A stretch of 64,000 bases of DNA. Origin: an uncultured delta proteobacterium (lineage in GTDB: Bacteria > Desulfobacterota > Syntrophia > Syntrophales > UBA2185). The notes beneath the pieces were generated by a model. It saw nothing but the letters and a program-made list of their open reading frames with translations, had not been told where the DNA came from and searched no databases. Positions 23,483-34,631 of this stretch are shown one piece after another. The translations under genes and the position numbers were made by a program. How positions within the stretch are numbered: the first letter of the stretch is position 1; each line of letters begins with the position of its first letter. Location: positions 96,001-160,000 of the forward strand of contig CAVOID010000005.1 in assembly GCA_963695875.1 (NCBI GenBank), written 5' to 3'.

Positions 23483-24148
23483 TCAAGTCTTCTCTAAGTC
23501 TTCGCAAATTTTCAATATACGAGAGCTGTAATACTGAGCTTGGAGAAGAAAAGTGTTCTTATGAACCATGCTTGCTTTCTCTTCATCTTCCGCAAAAATA
23601 AGCCAAGCAGTTGGGTGAACATATTTGGAGTAAAGCTTGAAAAATGCATTATAATCGTTTTCCATCCCGACTTTGCGGGCCATCTCTGCTACAGTGAAAT
23701 GCTTTATGTTACTTTTTCCATATTTCTTCAGAATACTTTCTAGGTGGCCGATTCTTTCTCTCAGTGGGACAATGCTGACAAGGATATCATTTGAATTTAA
23801 AGTCAATATTCCTTCAAGGATTTCTTTCTCGTCTGAGCCTTTTTGCAGGACAAATTCTTTGGCCTTCTCAGGATAGTGGATCGAATATTCCAGAATTAGA
23901 TTCATCTCAAAAAGGTTTCGAGCAATCCACGCAGTGCATTCAATCGGGAAATCATATAAGTCTATAATCATCCGCAGATGAAGCGCAGCGTAAAGCGAGG
24001 TGCGTCTGACTATCTCTGGTATGATATCGTGCTCGTCTTTGGGTGATATTTTCCGTGCTGCGGCTGCAATTAACCGAACAATATTGTCAATGTTCTTCTT
24101 TACCTCAAGGTCGGTTCCAGTTGTTGTTATGTCCTCAAATCTCATCAT
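23483..24148 (-). CDS. Cassette gene, DUF5677-like (HEPN-like) protein
   Basis: ARNLFE and FKLYSKYVHP motifs; low GC; bounded by attC-like sites. Confidence 0.65.
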   Translation of the reverse strand: MMRFEDITTTGTDLEVKKNIDNIVRLIAAAARKISPKDEHDIIPEIVRRTSLYAALHLRMIIDLYDFPIECTAWIARNLFEMNLILEYSIHYPEKAKEFVLQKGSDEKEILEGILTLNSNDILVSIVPLRERIGHLESILKKYGKSNIKHFTVAEMARKVGMENDYNAFFKLYSKYVHPTAWLIFAEDEEKASMVHKNTFLLQAQYYSSRILKICEDLEKT

Positions 24149-24210
24149 GCGAACTCCAGCGTCACCCGCCGCTGCGCTTTTGCGGTGATCGCGTGCATGC
24201 AGTGTTAGGC
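24148..24210 (-). mobile_element. attC-like integron recombination site
   Basis: Minus strand GCCTAAC (contains the upstream stop TAA)...imperfect palindrome...GTTCGCA, then the next ATG. Confidence 0.75.
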
Positions 24211-24729
24211 CGAAGCCTTGTTTGTATCTGTGTCAAACAGGGTAACTAATATCCAAGGTACAATGTCTTGAAAGATGGCTTGTAGCAGAACTTTTGTCTC
24301 TGGCTCAGTGATCTGTTTCCCGTTCGCCTCTGTAATGTCAACAGAAAGGGAGGTCCGGTATTTCTCTGGCCTCAATTCGCCGATGAGAATCTCGAACACT
24401 TCCTGGAAGTCGGCCGTCTGACATAAGGCATTGGTTGCACGAGGATCATCGGAAGCAATGCCGGTGGCAACCACATTTGCAGTGTTTCTGAAGTTTGCAT
24501 CCGGTTTCTGGCCATGCTGAACAATAGCATTGTGTCCGAAACTTCTTTGATGATGCTGGCCAGAAGCATGATAAGTGCTGTGTGGCTTCCATCTGGGTTT
24601 GTCTTCACGAGGGAAGTTCACGCAGACATCACCCTTCGTCCCTCGACATATGCTGAGGAATAGTAAGATGTCTTGGCCGTGTCGGACTGAAACTGCGTAC
24701 ATTCGTTCCTGGATTCGGTTTACATTCAT
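24205..24729 (-). CDS. Cassette gene, hypothetical protein
   Basis: 174-aa ORF whose stop lies inside the attC R'' box; HSTYHASGQHH motif. Confidence 0.65.
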   Translation of the reverse strand: MNVNRIQERMYAVSVRHGQDILLFLSICRGTKGDVCVNFPREDKPRWKPHSTYHASGQHHQRSFGHNAIVQHGQKPDANFRNTANVVATGIASDDPRATNALCQTADFQEVFEILIGELRPEKYRTSLSVDITEANGKQITEPETKVLLQAIFQDIVPWILVTLFDTDTNKASA

Positions 24730-24794
24730 TTGTTCGTCACCTGCTTGACGTCACGGAGATACATAGTATTTCCTCTTCAGCAAGTTGTAGTTTA

Positions 24795-26624
24795 TTAATT
24801 TCTCAATTCCTTACAAGCATTTCTATCGCCCAGTGAACAAGCTTTTTCCGTGTCTTTACGATATTGCAATTCATTACCCATTATACGATAAACGAGACCA
24901 CGGGCCCGATAAGACCCCACATCCAATGGATTCAAAGCGATAGTCTTGTTAAAATCCTCAAGAGCTTGATAAGATTTCCCTAACATTGCGTATGTAACTG
25001 CTCTTTGAAAATATGCATTTGCATTTTTATGATCACACTTTATTGCATTATCATAATCTTCAATAGCCTGATTGTAGAGCTGTATTGAAGAAAAAGCATT
25101 CCCACGTCCCTCGTATACAGAGCTCAAAAAAGAGTTATGCCTATCACATTTCGAAACAGATCCAAGAAATTGAGTATATTCTTTAATTGCATTCTGATAG
25201 TCGCCATTTAGAAGATACGCTTTACCACGACCATAAGAAGCCAAAATGATGTAGTTCTTTTCATCAAGTTGCTGTGCCTGGTTGAAATCGTCAATAGCTT
25301 GATCATACCGGCCCATATTAATCAAAGCATGCCCTCGACTAAGATAGGTACTACTATTGCTTGGATCTAAATAAATTGCTTTATTGTAATCTTCAAAAGC
25401 CTTAGAATGCAATCCTTTAGCATCATAGACTGTTCCTCGCGCTCTATAGATATCTGGATTCTTAGGCTTTATAGTAAGAGCCTTGCTGAACTCCTTGATA
25501 GCGTGATCATACAGGCCTTTTCCATTATAGATAGGTGCAAGGTGTGAATAATAGAGTGTATTGTCTGGATTAAGTGCGATCGCCTTTTTTAAATCATTAA
25601 TGGCCATGTCACGATCTCCTTTCTGCGAATATTCAAGTCCGCGGTGATCATAATAACTTGCCTCTTTAGGATTTAGGGCAATGGCACGATTATAATCTCT
25701 AATAGCCTTTTCAAGTTTGCCTATACTTCTATGTGCGTTACCACGGTGATCATAATACATTGCATTTTTAGGTTCTAGGGCAATGGCACGATTATAATCT
25801 TCAATAGCTAGAACATGATTGCCTTTCCATTCATATGCTAATCCCCGCTGATCGTAATACGACGCTTTTTTAGGTTCTAAAGCAATGGCACGACTATAAT
25901 CTTCAATAGCCAGATCATAATCATTTTTTGCATAATAATAGATAAAACCACGCAATGAATATGCAAACGCATTCCGGTTATCTAACGATAATGCAGCAGT
26001 GTAGGACTCAATTGCGTCATCGTAATCTTTATTCAAATATTCGCGTTTGCCCTTTTCAAGCAACTGATTGACATTGAAAAGATTTTCATCCTTGGTAACA
26101 TTTTCCTCGATTTGCTTCTTTTTCTCTGGGTTTTTTGTCTGTGCTAATTGTTTTTTGAGGATTTCTATTTCTTGCTGACTTTTCGCGTAGGCGTCCTGAA
26201 TCTTCTTGTAATCATCAACAATATTTCTTTCTTTCACACGCTTTGCCATATCAGATATTTTATCTGTCGTTACTTTTGCTCTGATTTTAATCCAGAAACG
26301 AATGCCTTCCCCTTCAATGGTTCTTTTCTTATCCAGCACGGCCACTTCCATTATACCGGACGCGATAACCTGAATCTCATCCTTTGATAATTGTAGATTT
26401 TCAACCTTAGAATAACTTTCCACATATGTTCCTGCTTCTTCCATGGCGGCTTGTTTAGCCTTTAATAGCGCACGACTTTCTGCAATGGTCGGTGTTTCTC
26501 CATCCCCCATGTTGTATGTACCTTCAGAAATTATTTCTTTTAACTCAGCGAAAACGAGTGCTGGATGAAGGAAAATAATCATAGATATAAAAATTGTGAT
26601 AATTATATTATAAATGGATTTCAT
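24795..26624 (-). CDS. Secreted TPR-repeat protein
   Basis: Signal peptide; many 34-aa repeats (AIEDYNRAIALEPKNA.YY..RG); ends KACSLG. Confidence 0.9.
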   Translation of the reverse strand: MKSIYNIIITIFISMIIFLHPALVFAELKEIISEGTYNMGDGETPTIAESRALLKAKQAAMEEAGTYVESYSKVENLQLSKDEIQVIASGIMEVAVLDKKRTIEGEGIRFWIKIRAKVTTDKISDMAKRVKERNIVDDYKKIQDAYAKSQQEIEILKKQLAQTKNPEKKKQIEENVTKDENLFNVNQLLEKGKREYLNKDYDDAIESYTAALSLDNRNAFAYSLRGFIYYYAKNDYDLAIEDYSRAIALEPKKASYYDQRGLAYEWKGNHVLAIEDYNRAIALEPKNAMYYDHRGNAHRSIGKLEKAIRDYNRAIALNPKEASYYDHRGLEYSQKGDRDMAINDLKKAIALNPDNTLYYSHLAPIYNGKGLYDHAIKEFSKALTIKPKNPDIYRARGTVYDAKGLHSKAFEDYNKAIYLDPSNSSTYLSRGHALINMGRYDQAIDDFNQAQQLDEKNYIILASYGRGKAYLLNGDYQNAIKEYTQFLGSVSKCDRHNSFLSSVYEGRGNAFSSIQLYNQAIEDYDNAIKCDHKNANAYFQRAVTYAMLGKSYQALEDFNKTIALNPLDVGSYRARGLVYRIMGNELQYRKDTEKACSLGDRNACKELRN

Positions 26625-26758
26625 TCAAACCTCCGAAGATGTCCGTTCTTGAACCTTTAAAAAAGATAAGCCTTTCCATTATGGTCGTATCGATAAATAG
26701 AGAAAGGGTGTTAAAGAAATTAGAAATCTCTTACAGATTATCTTTCAGTGATTTCACG

Positions 26759-26838
26759 AATTAAGGGGACACCATACTTAATTCCAGACTGAATCACCCC
26801 AGTGTACAAGAGATAATTGAGTATGGTGTCCCCTTAAT
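26759..26838. repeat. REP-like inverted repeat pair
   Basis: aattaaggggacaccatacttaatt ... aattgagtatggtgtccccttaatt; related half-sites at ~20652 and ~23158. Confidence 0.65.
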
Positions 26839-26849
26839 TATCAGTGGCC

Positions 26850-27446
26850 TCATTTCTTCTTATTTCTCTGGCTCCATAAGCTCGAAAGGTCGGCAAGAAG
26901 AGCCTTTGTATGGAATTCGGCCGAGAGATTAAACGCATGCGTACTTCGATCATAGTCATGTGTGATAATGTTGATAATAGTCTTGGACAGTTCTATCAAG
27001 TCCTTGAAATGGCGGTATTTAAGGTCTGCTTTCTTAAACGAGTCGTCGATGCTTCTCTCATCGCTTAAGTGGGCAAAGACCTCGGACCGGACAAAGCCGA
27101 TTTTGATCCATATTGGCTTTGCCTTTTGCATTAGCCCGGTGACACGGTTTTTCGCATCATCAGACAATGGGTGGTCACGGTCAAGGACTTTCAGCAATTG
27201 AGGAAGACTGATAGTGTCACGGCGGGTTTCGTATAGACGATACAAAGCTATAATCATGGCAACAAAATGGGCGTGTATTGATGTTTGAAAAAAAGCGAGG
27301 TATGTGTTCATGGCGTCAATGAATTTCGGACGAGTATCCCTACTTTTGTAAATCCACCAGATGTCATGATTGTGTTCAGCCGCTATGATGGTATCTTGAA
27401 TGCTCTTTATGTGGCTGTCGATTTTCTTCTGCATTGCGCCAGTCAT
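26850..27446 (-). CDS. AbiU2-like HEPN-domain protein
   Basis: IIALYRLYE...ISLPQL and RSEVFAH (Rx5H HEPN motif). Confidence 0.6.
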   Translation of the reverse strand: MTGAMQKKIDSHIKSIQDTIIAAEHNHDIWWIYKSRDTRPKFIDAMNTYLAFFQTSIHAHFVAMIIALYRLYETRRDTISLPQLLKVLDRDHPLSDDAKNRVTGLMQKAKPIWIKIGFVRSEVFAHLSDERSIDDSFKKADLKYRHFKDLIELSKTIINIITHDYDRSTHAFNLSAEFHTKALLADLSSLWSQRNKKK

Positions 27447-28227
27447 CGAAATAAGCCTCTTTCACTGTTCTCTTTCTTCTCGCCGCTAAAAAGGGGTTGC
27501 CACGCTGACATACTCCTCCTGGACTTGTTTATCTTTTCATAACATTGTTTATACTGATCCAGTATAATATCCCAAATGCCGTTATAAATGCCGTATAAGA
27601 CGCCGGCGAAAATTGTCTCGCTTCGGAATAAATAATTGAGATATCATATTGTTAATCCGGTGAACTCTTTCAGAGCGTCTTATGTGGATCGGTATAAACC
27701 CTCCAAAAAAAAGTACATCCATATTCTTGAGCATTATGGAAGGAAATGTACACTTTCCTCCGGGTCATGTCAAATGGGTCTTCAGCAAGTAAGGGAGTGT
27801 ATTGATAACACCTTGTATTTTAACCAACAGAATATTATGTATATGAAGGAAAAGGAGAATTATAGACAATTACAATTTATTTCTATCCTGAGAATCTAAA
27901 ACATCGATGAATAAAGGATTGTGCAGGTGATCCTATGAGATTGCAGCGCTTCGCTCGCAATGGGTGTAATGGCAAAAAATGTGTGCTAGAAGGGCACATA
28001 TATTATATAGAATCAAGTACATAAGAGATACTAGATTCAAAGAGGTTTGAATAGGGGTTCAGAAATGAAAGAAAAGTTGTCCTTTATGCGAATCAGAAGA
28101 GACAAGATGAAGCTCCCCGCTGCTTCCGACGGGGAACTTCATCTGGTTCTTTTATCTATAACCATAAAAAACAGCACACATTTTTTGCCATTACACCCGC
28201 AATGACAAGAGGAAAGGAGACAAGTTT

Positions 28228-29547
28228 ATGCTCGCCAAAATCATCCAATTTATAGAGCGCGATATCTGGCGTATCCGTTTGAAGAACCTTCCCGCTGCAA
28301 AAGCCCTCCTCATCGAACATCTCAGGATCCTTCTTGCCGCGTGGAGAGGATTTGAAAACCACCAATGCTCATTGAGGGCCTCCGCCCTGACCTTCTTCTC
28401 ACTCCTTTCTATCGTCCCCGTAGCTGCCATGGCCTTTGGCATTGCCAAAGGGTTTGATATGCAGACTATCCTCGAGGAAAGGCTGCTGGAGAAGTTTGAA
28501 GGGCAGGAAGAGGTTCTGACCAAGGTCTTCGATTTCGCTAACACGCTCCTGGGAAATACGAAGGGAGGAGTGATCGCCGGCGTCGGTGTGGCGGTTCTCT
28601 TCTGGACCATTATTAAAGTCCTTGGGAATATCGAAAGCTCTTTGAATGACATCTGGGGTATTAAGAAACCCCGGTCCCTCTCCCGGAAGGCCACGGATTA
28701 TCTTTCCATGATGCTCATCTCCCCGATTCTCCTCGTGGTGTCCGGCAGCGCTACAATTTTCATTGCCTCGCAGGTCACATTCATCACCCAGAAGATTGCA
28801 GTGCTCGGCGCCCTTGGCACCGTTGTTTCTTTTATTCTCAAGTTCGCCCCCTACAGCATCATGTGGGTACTCTTTACTTTTATCTATATTTTTATGCCCA
28901 ATACCAAGGTCAATTTCAAATCGGGCCTTTTCGCGGGAATAATTGCCGGAACAATCTATCAGACGGTGCAATGGCTGTACATAACCTTCCAGGTCGGTGT
29001 CGCACAATATAACGCGATATATGGGAGTTTTGCCGCTCTGCCTTTATTCCTGGTCTGGGTGCAACTCAGTTGGCTCATTGTTCTCGCGGGTGCAGAGCTT
29101 TCTTACGCTCATCAGCATTCGGATATGCTTGAGTTTGAGCCGGACATTGAACGGGTGAGTCCTTCCTTCAAGAAGCTGCTCACCTTACGGGTGGTGAGCT
29201 TGCTTGCGAAAAATTTTTCGCAAGGGTTGAAACCCCTCACCATGTCGGACATCTCGAATGCGACAGATATACCCAAGAAGCTGATCCGGCAGATACTTAA
29301 TGACCTGACGGAATGCGGCATCATAATCGAAATCTCAAACAAGCAGGAACATGAAATGGGTTACCAGCCGGCCCTTGACACCGATCATTTAACAATCAAT
29401 TATGTTCTGGATGTACTGGAAAGATGCGGTATTTCCGACATACCCGTTGAGCCTGCACCGGAATTGGAAACTCTTGCGGAGAGCTTAAAAACTTTCAGGG
29501 ATAAACTCGAAAAATCTACGGCGAACAGGATTTTGAGAGAAATTTAA
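28228..29547 (+). CDS. YihY/BrkB family inner-membrane protein with C-terminal winged HTH
   Basis: ASALTFFSLLSIVP, IESSLNDIWG, YNAIYGSFAALP. Confidence 0.9.
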   Translation: MLAKIIQFIERDIWRIRLKNLPAAKALLIEHLRILLAAWRGFENHQCSLRASALTFFSLLSIVPVAAMAFGIAKGFDMQTILEERLLEKFEGQEEVLTKVFDFANTLLGNTKGGVIAGVGVAVLFWTIIKVLGNIESSLNDIWGIKKPRSLSRKATDYLSMMLISPILLVVSGSATIFIASQVTFITQKIAVLGALGTVVSFILKFAPYSIMWVLFTFIYIFMPNTKVNFKSGLFAGIIAGTIYQTVQWLYITFQVGVAQYNAIYGSFAALPLFLVWVQLSWLIVLAGAELSYAHQHSDMLEFEPDIERVSPSFKKLLTLRVVSLLAKNFSQGLKPLTMSDISNATDIPKKLIRQILNDLTECGIIIEISNKQEHEMGYQPALDTDHLTINYVLDVLERCGISDIPVEPAPELETLAESLKTFRDKLEKSTANRILREI

Positions 29548-29562
29548 AACTTCTTTCACGCG

Positions 29563-30609
29563 TTACTTAACACTATTTTTTAAATTGCGTTTTCCGCGGA
29601 GGCGCTGCATGAGGAATTGGTCAATCGCTTCCTGGGAAATGTCGTTGTGCAGGGTCTCTTTGATCGTTTCAATGGGAATTTCCACCCGTGCCGCGCTTCT
29701 GTGACCACCGGCACTTCCAAGGTTTTCAAACGCCTTCTTTGCGATCGCCCCGCAATCATGGCGATAACCATCCCCCCTGAAAATGATGATAAGCTTCTCT
29801 TTGACGATTGCTGCGATGATAGCGTAAGAGACGCCGACAATCCGCACGTAAGAGTCGGCTACCTGAACACACGCGTCAACACTTTCCACCTTGCCCAGAA
29901 AACTGATAATCCTGTCACGGTAACGACGCTTGTTATGATACGCATAATCGTAATACTTGAGAAAGCGCTCAGGGATTTGGTTCAATTCGATACGCCGGAT
30001 AAGCTGTCGATTGGCGAGGGCAAAATTCAGGTAATACGCGCTGATATCTTCCAGAATGACATCACGCTCGAAATTGTTTGTATCCGCCTTGATTCCATAA
30101 AGCAGCGCAGTGTGGAGCTTCTTGGGAATTCTTATTTTTGCCGCGAGGAGATACTCCGTCATCATGGTAGATAAGGCACCGTAGTTTTCCCGGACATCGG
30201 CCAGCTCCGCGTGCCATACCGATGTACACGGATGGTGATCAAAAACGATCTGCGGGTGAATATCTCCGAGGGCCTCACCGAAGAATGTAGGTTGAGCATC
30301 AACAATGACTTTCAGGCGGTATGCCCCGATATCGATTTTGTCCAGTAATTGAATATCAACTTTCATCGCCCGGATAAACTCAGCATTCTGTTGCCGGCTA
30401 ACGGGTTCGGTTGCAACAAAGGTATATTTTGAGAGTGAAGCAAATCGCCTGAAGAGCTCGTGTATGGTCATGGCCGATGCAACGGCATCAGGGTCCGGAC
30501 TACCATACATCAGAACCGCGAGAGAATCATTCTCCTGCACCATGGTCTTCAGCTTCATAACGTTGTGTAGAGTCTCCTCTTTAATGAGGAACGATTCTAT
30601 ACGCTTCAT
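29563..30609 (-). CDS. DHH/DHHA1 phosphoesterase
   Basis: PDPDA, VD, DHHP, GIKADT, SAGGH. Confidence 0.9.
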   Translation of the reverse strand: MKRIESFLIKEETLHNVMKLKTMVQENDSLAVLMYGSPDPDAVASAMTIHELFRRFASLSKYTFVATEPVSRQQNAEFIRAMKVDIQLLDKIDIGAYRLKVIVDAQPTFFGEALGDIHPQIVFDHHPCTSVWHAELADVRENYGALSTMMTEYLLAAKIRIPKKLHTALLYGIKADTNNFERDVILEDISAYYLNFALANRQLIRRIELNQIPERFLKYYDYAYHNKRRYRDRIISFLGKVESVDACVQVADSYVRIVGVSYAIIAAIVKEKLIIIFRGDGYRHDCGAIAKKAFENLGSAGGHRSAARVEIPIETIKETLHNDISQEAIDQFLMQRLRGKRNLKNSVK

Positions 30610-31658
30610 ATGATGCGAATTCTCCCTTTGGGTTTAGAAATGACCTCGCCGACAATAGCCGCCTCGGTTATGCCCCGCGCGTGCATCTTCCCGATTAATG
30701 TTTCCGCCTGCCTTTCAGGTAAAGCTATAAGCAGCCCTCCCGCAGTCTGCGGATCAAACATAACATCCACCATCCAATCAGGACAGGATGGATCAACCTC
30801 TATGAGTTTTGAGCGATATTGCCTATTCCTGTGCAAGCCCCCCGGCACAACCCCCTTCTCGACAAACTCCCGTATCTCGGAGAAAAAAGGAACGGAAGAT
30901 GCGTCAATCATCATGCCTACGTCGGAATTATCTATCATCTCACAGGCATGCCCCAGAAATCCAAAGCCGGTGATGTCTGTACAGGCATGAACATCAGGCA
31001 TTTCCTGCATGAGTTCTGCCGCATCCTTATTCAACGTGGTCATATACCTTACTGCTTTTGCCACCAGTTCCCCGCCCGCCAGCCCGCCCTTCAGCGCTGT
31101 GCTGACAATACCGGTACCTAACGGCTTGGTAAGGATCAGTTTGTCCCCTGCCTTTGCGCCTCTGTTAAGCAGGACCTTATCGGGGTGTATCACTCCGGTA
31201 ACGGAGAGACCGTACTTCGGTTCGTCGTCCTCAACACTGTGCCCCCCTATGAGAAGTACACCGGCCTCCCTCATCTTATCAAGTCCGCCATGGAGAATCC
31301 GATGAAGAATGGACATATCCATTTTTTTTACAGGGAAGCAGACGATGTTCATCGCTGTAAGCGGTCTTCCGCCCATGGCATAGACATCGCTAAGGGCATT
31401 AGTAACGGCAATCTGACCAAACGTATAAGGGTCATCCACGATAGGCGTAAAAAAATCCACCGTCTGGATAATAGCAAGATCATCGCGGAGTTTATAAACC
31501 CCTGCGTCCTCCGCGTGCTCCATCCCGACGATCAAATTCGGATCGGAAATCAACGGCAAATCTTTCAATGCTTCACTCAGGTCGCCCGGACCGATTTTGC
31601 AGGCTCAACCAGCCCCGTGAACCGTTTCGGTAAGGCGAATTCTTGATTTTTCTTCCAT
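30606..31658 (-). CDS. selD: Selenide, water dikinase SelD (selenoprotein, Sec18)
   Basis: ATG 31658: MEEKSRIRLTETVHGAG-U(TGA 31605-31607)-ACKIGP; DFFTPIVDDP, NALSDVYAMGG, DITGFG, DPQTAGG; GGTC-CGGGC-GACC hairpin 12 nt after the UGA. Confidence 0.95.
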
Positions 31659-31778
31659 GCAGGCATCCTACCGTAATTGTAAAAAGGCGTCAATGGTTTG
31701 TGTTGAGCATAAATATCGGTGGAAAATATCCAAAACTCCGGCTTTGATTGTGACGCGTAATATGATATTTGGGCAAAT

Positions 31779-32705
31779 ATGAGCTACGATACATTCAAGG
31801 ACATTACCATCCAGCAGTTGGAAGTCCTCGTCTCCTTAATTGAAGCAGGCAGTTTCACCAGAGCCGCCGGGAAGCTATTTCTTACACAACCGTCTCTGAC
31901 CAAGCAGATCCAAAACCTGGAAGCGGCAACGGGGACACAATTGGTTAAGCGCGGAAGCACAGGTATTTCTCTCACACCGGAAGGTCAGGTCATCTATGAT
32001 TATGCAAAACGCGTCCTCCGACTACGGGAGGATGCCAAGGAGCGTGTCATACGGCTTAAAGACCAGGAATCAGGCCATATCTATGTATCTGCCAGCACCA
32101 TCCCGGCTACGTACATCCTGCCGCATCTGTTGAGCAACCTGAAAAAGAAGCACCCCGACATACAGGTCCATATGCAGATGCACGACAGCTCGGAAACACT
32201 GCAAATTGTCTTGAACGACCAGGCAGAACTGGGATTCATCGGGAAAAACCCGCTAAACAAGAAGCTGGTGGCGGAGCGTCTGTGGCAGGATGACCTGGTC
32301 CTCGCTGCCCCTGTTGACCATCCCCTCGCGAAACACAGAACTGTGACAGTTGAAAAGCTTACCGGGATACCTTTCATCATCCGGGAAAAGGGGTCGGCAA
32401 CACGTGATATTGTCGAGGAATGTCTGCAAAGACATCGTGGCACAAGCCTGTCCCGATTCAATGTGATCTGTGAAATGGGAAGTTCCGAAGCCGTGAAAGA
32501 AGCCATCCTGGCGGGCTTGGGTGTTTCGATCCTGTCTATTTTTGCCATAAAACGTGAGATATCGCAGGGCCTGCTGACAGTCGTCAATGTCAGCGACTGC
32601 AGGATGGAGAGGTATTTTTATCTTATCTACAAGAAACAATTCCCTTTGATGAAGTACCACAGGCGCTTTTTAGATGTTGTAAAGGGATATTCCCCGCTCG
32701 AATGA
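31779..32705 (+). CDS. LysR family regulator (selenium-metabolism-associated type), divergent from selD
   Basis: GSFTRAA...QPSLT HTH; ASTIP; REKGSATR; GSSEAVKEAI. Confidence 0.9.
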   Translation: MSYDTFKDITIQQLEVLVSLIEAGSFTRAAGKLFLTQPSLTKQIQNLEAATGTQLVKRGSTGISLTPEGQVIYDYAKRVLRLREDAKERVIRLKDQESGHIYVSASTIPATYILPHLLSNLKKKHPDIQVHMQMHDSSETLQIVLNDQAELGFIGKNPLNKKLVAERLWQDDLVLAAPVDHPLAKHRTVTVEKLTGIPFIIREKGSATRDIVEECLQRHRGTSLSRFNVICEMGSSEAVKEAILAGLGVSILSIFAIKREISQGLLTVVNVSDCRMERYFYLIYKKQFPLMKYHRRFLDVVKGYSPLE

Positions 32706-33000
32706 TCCTTCCCGCCGCCTCGAGACCCCGATTACGCCTGGGATGCCTAAATTCAATCATAACTACTCATGTATAATGGACGTATGAGCCAGGTCCGGTG
32801 AGATCCGAAAAGCCGATTGCTCTCCCGACAAAACGGGTACTCCGGATATATCTCTTTCACGATCACTGGTGCCGGGCTCCATATTCTATGGCCATTATCT
32901 CATTGACATGCAAGTCCGTTCTGCCTATACTTTTCTCGTAAAAAAGCAATGCTTATCAAAAAAATATTTTGAGGCCCTTTAAATCCAAAAGGGAAGTGTC

Positions 33001-34371
33001 ATGAAGAGATCCTATCTTTCAAAAAACATGGTTGATGCTAGTGATGCATCTTTTTTGCACGCCGTTATGGATAACCCCTTTGAGGGGATCCTGGCCATCG
33101 ACAATGCCGGCATCATTACATTTGTAAATTCTTTTTTCATGAATGTTTTCAATTTGTCACAGGGTGATGTAGTCGGTAAGAAAATATGGGATGCCCTACC
33201 GGGCTGCCGTCTTTACGATACCGTTCTTCAGGGGCATTCGCAGTGGGGTGAATATCTGAGGATCAACGAGCGAGATTTCATCATCCTGCGCTTTCCTCTG
33301 AAGAGCGAAGGGAAAATCATCGGTGCGGTGGTGAAAACGATTTTTCCCGACATGACAACAGCCCGCGGGATTGCCAACAAGATCATGCATCCCTCCAAAG
33401 CCGTGGAACCTCGGCGCCCCTTCTTCACATGCATGGATATTATCGGCGAAACACCGCCCATGTTGGCGGCAAAAAAACTGGCCCGCAAGGCGGCCAGAAC
33501 GGATTCCACATTGCTCATTACAGGTGAGAGCGGCACGGGGAAAGAGATCTTCGCCCAAGCCGTGCATAACCGCTCAGTGAGGAGAGACGGCCCATTTGTC
33601 AAGGTTAACTGCGCGGCCATACCGGAAAACCTTCTGGAGTCGGAATTATTCGGCTTCGTTGACGGATCTTTCACCGGTGCCATGCGAGGCGGAAAACCGG
33701 GTAAGTTCGAACTCGCCGAGGGAGGGACAATTTTCCTTGATGAAATTGGCGACATGTCGCTCGCCATGCAAGCCAAGCTCCTGACCGTCCTCCAGGAAAA
33801 AGAAGTGGAGCGGATCGGGGGCACGAAGCCGATCCCCCTGAACGTACGCATCACCGCCGCAACGAACAAAGACCTGCACAAGATGGTCAGGGAAGGCAGG
33901 TTCCGGGAGGATCTCCTTTACAGGTTGAAGGTCATGGAGATTCATCTCCCGCCCCTGAGGGAGCGGACAGAGGACATCTCGCTCATTGTCGATTATCTGG
34001 TGAAAAAAATTAACCAGAAGATCGGCTCCGATATACAGGGGGTTAACGCGGAATCACTGAAACGTATGATGAATTACCCTTGGCCGGGAAATGTCCGTGA
34101 GCTTGAAAATATGATTGAGCAGGCGACAAACCTGAGCGAGGAATCCCTGATCGATCTCACGGGATTATTAATGCCGGGTGAAGGATGGTGTGTCGAGGAT
34201 GATGCGCCAGAGGCGGAAGCGAAAAGTTTCCAGATGTCTGTCGCCGACAGGGAAAAGGACCTCATCCTTGATGCACTTACCCGTGCCAATGGAAATAAAG
34301 CGAAGGCAGCGCGACTTTTGAACATCCAGCGGTCCGTCCTCTATAAAAAAATGGCCCGCCTGCACATTTGA
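33001..34371 (+). CDS. PAS-domain sigma-54 transcriptional activator
   Basis: GESGTGKE, GSFTGA, LDEIG, FREDLLYRL, WPGNVRELEN, Fis-type HTH. Confidence 0.93.
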   Translation: MKRSYLSKNMVDASDASFLHAVMDNPFEGILAIDNAGIITFVNSFFMNVFNLSQGDVVGKKIWDALPGCRLYDTVLQGHSQWGEYLRINERDFIILRFPLKSEGKIIGAVVKTIFPDMTTARGIANKIMHPSKAVEPRRPFFTCMDIIGETPPMLAAKKLARKAARTDSTLLITGESGTGKEIFAQAVHNRSVRRDGPFVKVNCAAIPENLLESELFGFVDGSFTGAMRGGKPGKFELAEGGTIFLDEIGDMSLAMQAKLLTVLQEKEVERIGGTKPIPLNVRITAATNKDLHKMVREGRFREDLLYRLKVMEIHLPPLRERTEDISLIVDYLVKKINQKIGSDIQGVNAESLKRMMNYPWPGNVRELENMIEQATNLSEESLIDLTGLLMPGEGWCVEDDAPEAEAKSFQMSVADREKDLILDALTRANGNKAKAARLLNIQRSVLYKKMARLHI

Positions 34372-34541
34372 TTTATTCTTATACATGTCCTTTATGGGGA
34401 CACATGTCTCCATTAAGGACTGCCAAAGGTGTCTATTCCGATAGGAAGACCTTTCAGGATCGGCTATCAACTATTTATTAACCATCCGTAATTGTAGTCT
34501 TATTACCAAAGCAGCCTAGTTTCTATAGCTCCGGGATGGCA

Positions 34542-34556
34542 TGGCATGCCCCTTGC
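34542..34556 (+). promoter_or_regulatory. Sigma-54 (-24/-12) promoter
   Basis: TGGCATGCCCCTTGC (GG-N10-GC); upstream GTCC..GGAC-type palindromes at 34385-34420 are candidate activator sites. Confidence 0.8.
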
Positions 34557-34631
34557 CTACTGGGAGGATTAGGATTTACTGGACAATCGAACTGAGGTTC
34601 AAAAAAATACTAAAGAGGAGGGACTGAACAG

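Noticed and set aside
25380..25980. 102-bp periodic DNA repeats
   Set aside because: Explained by 34-aa TPR units.
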